Source of the DNA: Bolinopsis microptera
Taxonomy: Eukaryota
Length of the DNA: 64,000 nt
Assembly (NCBI RefSeq): GCF_026151205.1
Contig: NC_087073.1
Location: forward strand, 10,138,636 to 10,202,635
Direction: 5' to 3'
The first letter of the stretch is position 1. Each line of letters begins with the position of its first letter. A program made the translations under genes and the position numbers. The notes beneath the pieces were generated by a model. The model saw only the letters and a list, made by a program, of their open reading frames with translations. It did not search any database and was not told where the DNA came from. Below, in pieces: positions 55,790 through 64,000 of this stretch.

Positions 55790-57520
55790 GGTTCTTTTGC
55801 GATAGTCAAAACGCGACAACTAGCGCTGGATGGCGACAACTAGCGCTATCCAGCGCTAGTTGTCGCCATCCAGCGCTAGTTGTCGCTATCCAGCGCTGGA
55901 TAACGCTGGCCAGCGCAAAATATATATCTTCGATAATTGTCGCTATCCAGCGCTAGTTGTCGCCATCCAGCGCTAGTTGTCGCCATCCAGCGCTAGTTGT
56001 CGCTATCCAGCGCTAGTTGTCGCTGGCTATGCGACACTGTCGCACGCGATAGTTTGCGATGGCCAGCGCAACTGGCCATCGCAGAAAACAGTTCGATAAC
56101 TAGCGCTGGCCAGCGCTGGATAGCGACAACTAGCACTGGATGGCGACAACTAGCGCTGGCCAGCGCTAGTTGTCGCTATCCAGCGCTAGCCAGCGCTGGC
56201 CAGCGCTATCCAGCGCTAACCAGCGCAAAATATCAATTTTTGATAAATTTTCGATAAATGTTCGATAAATGTCGCGACAAATAGCGCTGGATAGCGACAA
56301 CTAGCGCTGGCCAGCGCTAAGCGATAGCCAGCGCTGGCCATTGATATCCAGCGCAAAATTTTTGCGCTATTACTCGTCAGCTAGCGCTAGCCAGCGCTAA
56401 CCAGCGCTAGCCAGCGCTAGCTGACGAGTAATATCGCAACTATATTGCGCTGGCCAGCGCTGGCTGACAAGTAATACTAATATCGAGCGTGCTAAATCAC
56501 TCTACAGTAGTTCTTCGAGATTGTTCTAAAAGGGCCCCCGATGGTTGTAACCAACTTCAATCGATGTATTTTCGGACGCTAATTCCGAATCAAACCCCAT
56601 GGGCCCATGACATATAATAGTGTTAAAATGCTCTCCTGACGAGATATTGGCGAAAAACTGTACATGTATCGATCACGTGATATGACCGTATAAGGAAGTT
56701 AGTCTAATTTCTCGTTATTGTTAGGGTTTCAGCATATGTTTTTGTTAAGGATTGGGTTAGGGTTAGGGTTAGGGTTGGGATCAGATTAGAGGGTCAGGGT
56801 TTCGAAAAGTCGTTCAGAACCAGCTAGAGTCAGAGAATGGGTTAAAAAAGTCACGTGACAGTCGAGTGTAAAGTGATTAATCATCATCCGAGTAATATCG
56901 CAAGTATATGATTTTGATACATTGCGCTGGCTAGCGCTGGCTAGCGCTGGCTAGCGCTGGATAGCGAAAACTAGCGCTGGCCAGCGCTGGCTAGCGCTGG
57001 ATAGCGACAACTAGCGCTGGCCAGCGCTGGCTAGCGCTGGATAGCGACAACTAGCGCTGGCTAGCGCTGGCCAGCGCTAGCTGACGAGTAATAGCGCAAA
57101 CATTTTGCGCTGGATATCGATGGCCAGCGCTGGCCAGCGCTGGCTATCGCTTAGCGCTGGCCAGCGCTAGTTGTCGCTATCCAGCGCTAGTTGTCGCTAT
57201 CCAGCGCTAGTTATCGAACTGTTTTCTGCGATGGCCAGTTGCGCTGGCCATCGCAAACTATCGCGTGCGACAGTGTCGCATAGCCAGCGACAACTAGCGC
57301 TGGATAGCGACAACTAGCGCTGGATGGCGACAACTAGCGCTGGATGGCGACAACTAGCGCTGGATAGCGACAATTATCGAAGATATATATTTTGCGCTGG
57401 CCAGCGTTATCCAGCGCTGGATAGAGACAACTAGCGCTGGATGGCGACAACTAGCGCTGGATAGCGCTAGTTGTCGCCATCCAGCGCTAGTTGTCGCGTT
57501 TTGACTATCGCAAAAGAACC
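55790..57520 (+). mobile_element. 1731-bp foldback-type non-autonomous DNA transposon with ~650-bp inverted arms built from 20-bp tandem subrepeats, flanked by 8-bp target-site duplication CTACTACC; inserted in the LINE ORF2
   Basis: Termini GGTTCTTTTGCGATAGTCAAAACGCGACAACTAGCGCTGG ... CCAGCGCTAGTTGTCGCGTTTTGACTATCGCAAAAGAACC are perfect reverse complements. The flanks ctactacc (55782-55789) and ctactacc (57521-57528) are direct repeats. The arms are arrays of ccagcgctagttgtcgc[ct]at on the left and its complement on the right. Removing the element and one duplication copy joins LINE ORFs 57505-59814 and 55580-55819 in frame (...SGGSR|SGESCNLY...). Confidence 0.75.
56753..56778 (+). repeat. 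Telomere-like motif (TTAGGG) x3.5 in the unique centre of the foldback element
   Basis: gggttagggttagggttagggttggg. A further ttagggtttc lies at 56721. Confidence 0.6.
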
Positions 57521-59814
57521 CTACTACCTCCTGATATGTAACTAAATTTGTTCATAAAGTTTGTAGGACAATTGTCATGGATGATTCTAAACATATAATT
57601 TGACAGATGGAGTTGTCGTCTAAGATGGAGTGGTAACCATTTCATGTCTCTATAAACATTAAGGCTGCTCTCTGTTTGTGGAACGTTGAGAGCTATTTTG
57701 GCTACCTTTTTGTACAGAGTGTCAAGTTCAGCAAGTTTTGTCTTGCCAGCTCTACAATAGATCGTGTCTAAATAATCGAATTGTGGCAACATAAGTGCAT
57801 TGGCAAACATTTTCCTATATTTAATGGGTAGCAGTGCTTTACTTCTATACATGGCACCAATTCTCTTCATGACCTTCTTAATAATATAATCTACATGGCT
57901 TTTGAAGTTTAATTTACTATCTAGAATGAGGCCAAGATATTTTGTCTCTTTGCACTCCTTGATTGTGAAAGTTACCTCATTACATTCAATGGTTAATTCA
58001 TCATGTTGATCAACAGAATCAAACAATAGGAATTCAGTCTTCTTTTCATTGAGTGATAATTTATTTACACTGAGCCATTTAAAGATTGTCATAAGTTCTA
58101 TTTTCATGTTTATAAATGTGCTTCTGCAGGTTTGATCAAAGAATAGTGCACCATCATCTGCAAATAGAAAGGGCTTAGATAGGTTACAGGCATAAATGAT
58201 GTCATTTATGAAGATACTAAATAATATAGGCCCAATGATGCTTCCTTGTGGTACACCACTCAGAACTTCTAAAAATGAACTTATTTTGCCATTGATCCTA
58301 GTGCATTGATATCTACAAGATAAGAAGTTCTTAAACCAGGTTAAAGCAATGCCACCAATTCCATAATATGCCAATTTTTGAAGCAATATTTCATGATTCA
58401 CTGTGTCAAAGGCCTTCTTAAGATCAAGAAAGATGATTCCTGGTTTATAAGACTTAGATTTACTCATATATATTTCGTCCATCAGATCGTACATCAAATA
58501 AGTTGTGGAGTGATTTTTCCGAAAGCCATATTGATGCCGGATGAAAAGTTTGTTCTCTTCCATGTAATCAGTGAGTTGCTTGCCGACAAAGTATTCTATA
58601 AGTTTTCCTACAAGTGGAAGGATGGATATTGGCCTGTAATTATTAGGATCATCTTTCATTCCTGCCTTATGGATGGGAGTAACTCTAGCTTTTTTACAAA
58701 GGGTTGGTACAACACCTGTATTAAGGCTCAAATTGACAATATGGGTCAGTGGCTCAACTATGTGTGGTACAGCTTGCTTAAGTAAAAATAGAGGCACATC
58801 GTCATATGAGGCCTTGTCATTCTTGAGCGTTTCGACATACATTAGGATATCAGTTTCATTTATTTCTTGGAATCTATCAAATGAGATGTTAGAAGTTCTA
58901 GGAGGTAACAAATCAGTAAAACTAACTCTTTCAATATTGGGGGCCTGATTTTGTAATCTTGATCCAACATTTGCAAAATGAAAGTTAAATAGCTCAGGAT
59001 CATTCTCATTGATAGTTTGACAATTAGTTGTACCAGGGGTCATATTTGATGCCAGTTTGATAGTTTTCCATACCCCTTTAAGATCATTCTTGGCACTTTT
59101 AACTTGTAGATCATCGATTACATTAGCCTTTTTGCAGGTTTTAGCTAATTTATTTCTAATATTTCTCTGAATCTTGTAGCAATCCCAGGCCTCATTACAC
59201 TTTATACATTTGCTACATATACCACATTTATTGCAATTTCCATTGTCTCTCTTATCCTTCTTTTTACGGAATTTCTTTAGAAGAAAATGTGTATGATTAA
59301 TGGCATTTAAAAGTTCAGTAGAAGGTTTATGTATGAACTTTTCATGCCTTTCTATGGTCTTGCAAGGGAAGAAGGTTGCATATGCCTGTTCAATATGATG
59401 ACAAAGGCCAGCAGTGATAGCTTCAACATCTGTACTTTCCAATAGTGGACTGTAATCAGAACAGGTATCTAGATAGTCTAAGAATTGTTTAACATTACGT
59501 TTACAATGATTTCCAGGGGTCGACCGAGGGCAGGATTTTCGACCGAGGCCGAGGCCGAGGAAAATACAGTTAGTTAAGACCGAGGCCGAGGACAACCGAG
59601 GTTTCTTTTTTTGACCGAGGCCGAGGCCGAGGCCGAGGAGTGCAAATTTTGACCGAGGCCGAGGCCGAGGCCGAGGAATTTTGGCAGAAAAATTGTTGGG
59701 AAAAAGGGCATTGTTTATTAGGAAAAGCGCACTGTACCTAATCAGATTGTACTGTGTACTATACTGTGTACTGGTACACACGTTACAATCATTATGAAGG
59801 GGCAAGTTCGCCAA
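57505..59814 (-). CDS. LINE ORF2 fragment (reverse transcriptase domain), 769-aa open frame
   Basis: Palm and fingers motifs are present: PISILPLVGKLIEYFV, GFRKNHST, FLDLKKAFDTVNHEILLQKL, LSGVPQGSIIGPILFSIFINDI, FADDGALFF. The C-terminal tail has HVDYIIKKVMKRIGAMYR...LYKKVAKIALNV, as in CR1/L2-type elements. Confidence 0.8.
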   Translation of the reverse strand: MANLPLHNDCNVCTSTQYSTQYNLIRYSALFLINNALFPNNFSAKIPRPRPRPRSKFALLGLGLGLGQKKKPRLSSASVLTNCIFLGLGLGRKSCPRSTPGNHCKRNVKQFLDYLDTCSDYSPLLESTDVEAITAGLCHHIEQAYATFFPCKTIERHEKFIHKPSTELLNAINHTHFLLKKFRKKKDKRDNGNCNKCGICSKCIKCNEAWDCYKIQRNIRNKLAKTCKKANVIDDLQVKSAKNDLKGVWKTIKLASNMTPGTTNCQTINENDPELFNFHFANVGSRLQNQAPNIERVSFTDLLPPRTSNISFDRFQEINETDILMYVETLKNDKASYDDVPLFLLKQAVPHIVEPLTHIVNLSLNTGVVPTLCKKARVTPIHKAGMKDDPNNYRPISILPLVGKLIEYFVGKQLTDYMEENKLFIRHQYGFRKNHSTTYLMYDLMDEIYMSKSKSYKPGIIFLDLKKAFDTVNHEILLQKLAYYGIGGIALTWFKNFLSCRYQCTRINGKISSFLEVLSGVPQGSIIGPILFSIFINDIIYACNLSKPFLFADDGALFFDQTCRSTFINMKIELMTIFKWLSVNKLSLNEKKTEFLLFDSVDQHDELTIECNEVTFTIKECKETKYLGLILDSKLNFKSHVDYIIKKVMKRIGAMYRSKALLPIKYRKMFANALMLPQFDYLDTIYCRAGKTKLAELDTLYKKVAKIALNVPQTESSLNVYRDMKWLPLHLRRQLHLSNYMFRIIHDNCPTNFMNKFSYISGGSRVLLR
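59521..59690 (+). repeat. (CCGAGG)n / GACCGAGG-rich microsatellite cluster
   Basis: gaccgaggccgaggccgagg blocks with short spacers. Read on the minus strand this gives the PRPRPRS / GLGLGLG segment of the LINE ORF N-terminus, which is artefactual. Confidence 0.7.
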
Positions 59815-60177
59815 GAGTCAGGAGTGGGCATGCCCAGGCAGGATCTGAGTAATTGACAGTGAAATTTGAAATATTCTATCAGAAGCGTGCACGTGGTGAG
59901 ATGGATGGTGTCGGTGCATCAGGTACAACCAAACACTCGGGCTCCGGCAGCCATCTTGTAATCAGTTCATAATTTGTTGTTTTGTCTTCGTAGCTGTTAG
60001 TGTTGCGTCAGTAATTAATTATTGCTATTTGCCCATTTTCTTTATCCCTACAATTACATTTAAGTTTCCTTTTCTAGCAAGTTGTTCAGATTGCAGTGTC
60101 TTAACACATACTGAGTTTAGACTTCAGTGAATCTGGAGAATATTGCACTAGTTACATTTAACATACGTTTACGGGGC

Positions 60178-60420
60178 CCCCTTTCTTGTGTAAAAGTGAC
60201 CGTCACTTTTGATGACACATCTGGCCCTTTTGGGTCACTTTTTTTTAACAACGTCGACTTTTGGTCACTTTTTTTCACGTTGAGGCCGCTTTTTGGTCGT
60301 TTCTGGTCGCCTTTTAAATTTTGGTCGCTTCTGGTCGCTTCTAGTCGCTTCTGGTCGCTTTTTGGTCGCTTCTGGTCACCTTTTAGGGTTTATGTGACAT
60401 GTCGCTTTTACACAAGAAAG
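60178..60420 (+). repeat. Small IR-bounded element (22-bp imperfect inverted termini) enclosing a (TGGTCGCTTC)n decamer array
   Basis: ccctttcttgtgtaaaagtgac ... gtcgcttttacacaagaaagggg has one mismatch. The interior is tggtcgcttctggtcgcttctagtcgcttctggtcgctttttggtcgcttctggtcacc. It may be a MITE or the subterminal repeats of the adjacent hAT element. Confidence 0.4.
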
Positions 60421-60546
60421 GGGTCAAAATATCCAGGGTGCGTTTTGTTTAGACTTGTTAGAAGAATTTTGATGACTAATTGTGCCATCTGGTATCAAAA
60501 TTCACGATAATTAACAAATTCACGTGCCTTAGGCTAAGAAGCTAGG

Positions 60547-63500
60547 ATGTCTCAATCAAAGAGAAGTGTTTCCGGCGTATGGCAATTCTTCTCAGTACCA
60601 GATCCCGGAGCGAATCCACATTTGGCAGAATGCAAGGAGTGCTCTGCTTCGATCAGACGAGGAAAACCAGGTCAATCGGCCAAGGACTACCAGGTTTATA
60701 ATTTTATGTTTTTTAGTAAGTTACTTAAGTACTTAGAGGTATTGCTGGACTAGCGCGACTAATGTGCAGTTTCAACTTTTATTACTAATCTCTCAATTGA
60801 TCGTGTAATTAAGCTGTAATTGATTATGGAACCTAACATAAAATGTATAAACAATGAGTACAACTATAAAAGTAACGATTAACGAATCAATTTTAAGCTC
60901 GAGTTTGAATTTAACTTATCCAGGTAACGAGTTTGTGGGATCATCTAAAACATAAGCATCCCTTAAAACACAAGGAAGCAACTGCCATACGTGATCAACA
61001 GAAGGCAAAAAGACAGAAGTCTCAAGAAGCCGAGGCTGAGCGGAGATCCATGTATCAACTAACAGCAGCTAATCAGCCCACGATTGGACAAGTCTTGAGC
61101 GGCGCTACATTTACGAAAATGACGGCGGAACGTCAGAAAGATCTAGAGAAGTTGCTCTTAAAATGGATGACAGATCAGATGCTTCCCTACACGACTGTTG
61201 AGAATGAGCATTTTCAACATTTTGTTCACGGTTAGAATCATTTTAAACTTTAAATGAAGTTTATTTACTAAACAGTTCTATTCTAGGTTCGAGCTGTGAT
61301 GACTCCAAATTAAAATTCCAATATGTTCGTGATGATACTTTATAAAAGTGACTGCTGTTCAGTATACTAGTGGCAGATTGTTAATAACTCGTAATCATGG
61401 TCATTTGCGAATTGGTTCAGATAATCTGATATCCGACTCATTCAGGTTTGAACAAGAAGTTTTCAATTCCATCAGAAAAGGTGATACGCACAAAACTGTT
61501 TCCAGACTTGTATAACAGAGTACAGTTTAAACTAAAGAGTTTCATCGATGACAACCTGAAAGGAGCTGACTACAGTCTTACCTGTGATGTTTGGTCGTCA
61601 AAAGCTTTGGATTCCTATCTCGGAGTCATTATACACTTTGTAACAAACGATTTCCAAAGAAAAGTAGTTGTTCTACGTTGCCTTCCATATAACCGCGCAC
61701 ATAGCGGTAAGTTCTAGCATTGAATCTAGAAAATTCATTTTATATCTAATCTGTATCAAAGCTAGCTTCGTGAATCGTGATCAAACTCAGCAATGTCTGC
61801 CATTTCTGGCCAATGCTCAGCAGAGCACGCTCATGTTTTATATAGTAGAAAATGTTGACCGTTACTGTTAGCTGGCTGCCTACTGCCCGCAGGGTGTCTA
61901 TTTTCTAACGACTAACATGACAAATTACTTCACGCAGGTGACTCAATCAAGACTAATGTGTCATTTGTTCTGCGCTCGTGGGGTTTGTCGGAAGATAAGC
62001 TGCATTGCGTCATTAGCGACACCGCATTGAACATGAAGAAAGGACTGTCGGCCTGGACTTGGATAGGATGTTTTCTTCACATCCTGAATTTGATTGTGAA
62101 GAATTCAATATTTACACAAAGCGGAGTGCAAAGATTGATCAAGAAGATCAAAAACTTGATCAAGGAGTTCAGAACCCCTACCGGTGAGAGTCAACACATT
62201 TACATAAATTACATTCTTATTATTCAAAATTTTCATTAAAATGTGGCACTGAATTTAAATCATTTTAGCGACTTGCATTTATTATTTTTTAACTATGATA
62301 TATCAAACTATAGACTATACCCGAATGCAGGGAAGCGTCTACTTAACGAGAACCAGATAAAAGATTCAACGCTACTACGACCTGTGGACACGAGGTGGAA
62401 TAGTTATTATATGATGTTTGACGTGTTCCAGAGCAAAAAGGCAGCTATCACCGTAACAGCTCAAAATACGGACTTATCGTTGTCTGCATCACAACAGGTT
62501 AGTTGATAATAGCTCTTTAGACTCATGTCTCAGTCAGCACCATTTCACTCAGAACCATCTCACTCAGAACCAGTCAGAACCAGTCAACAAGTTTAAAAAT
62601 TAATCCTCAGTATACTGCAGTTTGAGTATTGATGATTAAAACTTTTCAGATGACTCCTCACGATTGGGACCTTCTTACCAAGGTTATAGTCCTATTGAAG
62701 CCATTCTTCATCACAACTAAAGCTGCTGAGGGGGACCGAGTTTCTGTTTCGGAGGTCATTCCAAACATTAAAAAACTGGATTACGAGATCAGAAGTATGT
62801 CACTGAGTGGATTAGGAACTCTAAAAGCTACGCTGCTCTCTGAGATGGAACGGTATAGTTTAAAATTTGTTATTTGTATGAACTATGACTTGCCTTACCG
62901 ACTATTATTGAAACTTATTACTCTCTGAATTTTTAGCAAAACGTACGTAAATTTGAACCTAATGATTAGGGCCAAAGACAACATGCTTCCAAATTTTAAA
63001 TTGAATTAGGGCCGAATGTCTAATTAGCACCTCAGCAACTGTTTGACTTCTTCACCAACATGTAATTTTTCCCTCAGGTACTTCGTAACCAAGTACGATG
63101 TAGAGAAGAAGCCCCAATACTCAATAGCGACTCTTTTAGACCCACGCTTTAAAGCAGCAGCCTTCTCCACGAAAGTCAATGCCGCACTAGCTAAGCAGAT
63201 ACTGATTGACGAGATTTGTACCAGGATTCAGTCTTCACCACCGCAAGTTCCGGTAACTGATGTTTCTGATGACCCTTCAATAGTACAGTCTTCTGGCTCA
63301 ACATGGGCAGCAATCCTGGATAGTACCTCACAGTCTGAAGAAGACGACGAATTCGAAGAAAATAGTGAGAAGATAAGGAGGGAAGCTAACAGATACTTAA
63401 AAGACTCACGAGTTGATTTATCATTTGAACCATTAGTTTACTGGAAAGCTAATAAGCAGAGATATCCGAACCTTGCTGAGTGTTCAAGGAAATATCTATC

Positions 63501-63771
63501 TGCGCCGGCGAGTTCAGCAGCACCAGAAAGATTGTTTTCTACAGCAGGGCACATCCTGAAGTTAAATCGCCTCAGCCTTAAGCCAACAAACTTTGAGGGG
63601 TGCTTGTTTCTCAAAAAGAACATCGGAACATTTGGGGACAACTTCGGCCCCTGTCCAGATGAATTCGAAGCCCCAAATAAAGATGACTGTCCCCCTTCTG
63701 AGCTGTGCACAGACGATTATTCTGATTCAGAGTGCTCAGATATTGTAATTTCATCAGACGATGAATCTTAG
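60547..63771 (+). CDS. hAT-superfamily transposase with N-terminal BED zinc finger and C-terminal hAT dimerisation domain; 7 coding exons, 674 aa, apparently intact. Exons 60547-60693, 60924-61230, 61446-61706, 61938-62183, 62331-62497, 62650-62852, 63078-63771
   Basis: Exon 1 MSQSKRSVSGVWQFFSVPDPGANPHLAECKECSASIRRGKPGQSAKDYQ is a BED finger (C-x2-C...H-x-H continues in exon 2 as VTSLWDHLKHKHP). Middle exons hold hAT core motifs (YSLTCDVWSSKALDSYLGVIIHFV, CFLHILNLIV, VDTRWNSYYMMFDVF). The last exon has LLDPRFK and PLVYWKANKQRYPNLAECSRKYLSAPASSAAPERLFSTAGHILKLNRLSLKPTNFEGCLFLKKN. All six introns are GT-AG with phases 0,1,1,1,0,2 and the total is 2025 nt. The listed ORFs 60933, 61448, 61958, 62243, 62629 and 63043 are the exon frames. 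Confidence 0.75.
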
Positions 63772-63880
63772 ACTATGATATTTTTAGTTTTGTGTCCTGG
63801 TCAATTGGTCGTTTTATTTTCAATTTTACAAATTCGTTTACATTAACCTCTGTAAGTCTAGAAAAATTCCCAAAATTTCA

Positions 63881-64000
63881 ACAAAAATCCTCGGTCAAAT
63901 CCTCGGTAAAATCGTCAAATTTCGCAGAGGCCGAGGAATTTCGAATCTATTTTTGACCGAGGCCGAGGCGAACCGAGGAATTGTCCTCCTGACCGAGGCC
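63881..64000 (+). repeat. Second GACCGAGG-type repeat cluster; starts with inverted copies (cctcggtc) then direct copies
   Basis: cctcggtcaaatcctcggtaaaatcg...tttttgaccgaggccgaggcgaaccgaggaattgtcctcctgaccgaggcc. It runs to the window end. Confidence 0.6.

Larger units (their letters stand above)
54643..59814 (-). mobile_element. Non-LTR retrotransposon (CR1/L2/Jockey superfamily), 5'-truncated and poly(A)-tailed: ORF2 RT region 55580-59814 interrupted by a DNA-element insertion, then ~0.9-kb 3' UTR and A21 tail
   Basis: ORF 57505-59814 (minus) has RT motifs (...FLDLKKAFDTVNHEILLQKLAYYGI...FADDGALFF...). Its continuation is ORF 55580-55819 (SRSGESCNLYVNRSTSHKNFQYLGAKCWNNVPTDLRNLPDVKSLSDSYKKQL...*). 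The 3' UTR 54664-55579 ends in T21 on the + strand. The N-terminal ~200 aa of the ORF read through a (CCGAGG)n microsatellite, and no endonuclease domain is found. Confidence 0.75.

Noticed and set aside
55997-56257. ORF 55997-56257 and other frames across the 55.8-57.5 kb region
   Set aside because: They lie within the 20-bp subrepeat arrays of the foldback element. Repetitive Ala/Leu/Ser codons, no gene context.
59815-60546. Search for hAT terminal inverted repeats and 8-bp duplication around the transposase gene (left 59815-60546 versus right 63772-63880)
   Set aside because: Only weak same-orientation motif sharing was found (cgtttaca, tagactt[ca]ag). No convincing inverted termini, so element boundaries are left undefined rather than asserted.

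Overview
AT-rich eukaryotic nuclear DNA, probably from an invertebrate animal: multi-exon genes with GT-AG introns, non-LTR and DNA transposons, and a telomere-like TTAGGG motif. The window has three zones. (1) 1-16.4 kb: a LINE 3' UTR copy and a degraded CR1/L2-like LINE tail, then two tandem Rab35-family GTPase genes on the + strand with identical intron positions and phases. The first gene's introns hold a 305-bp tandem duplication, a Tc1-like transposon with ~370-bp TIRs and TA duplication, and two minisatellites. A 732-bp near-perfect palindrome with TTAA termini follows the second gene. (2) 16.5-39.8 kb: a ~23-kb satellite of ~366-bp monomers in higher-order repeats, a 3-monomer ~1.1-kb HOR first and a ~1.22-kb HOR later. 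It contains a zone of homopolymer-inflated degenerate copies that looks like assembly error. It also contains a recurrent 115-bp GC-rich module made of consecutive hairpins, in 7 copies. (3) 40.4-53 kb: a compact minus-strand gene cluster. It holds a SAFB-like gene (SAP, acidic region, RRM, RS domain, coiled coil, Ser/His repeat; 7 coding exons with an apparent 1-nt frameshift), intronless eL42/RPL36A, intronless UBE3C HECT ligase (980 aa), and two tandem RPL30 copies with identical protein. A putative 2-exon small ORF follows at 53.5-54.1 kb. Then comes a polyA-tailed non-LTR retrotransposon on the minus strand (54.6-59.8 kb) whose ORF2 is split by a 1.73-kb foldback DNA element with 8-bp target-site duplication and a central TTAGGG-like motif. 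Last is an apparently intact 7-exon BED-finger hAT transposase gene (60.5-63.8 kb) flanked by (CCGAGG)n repeats.
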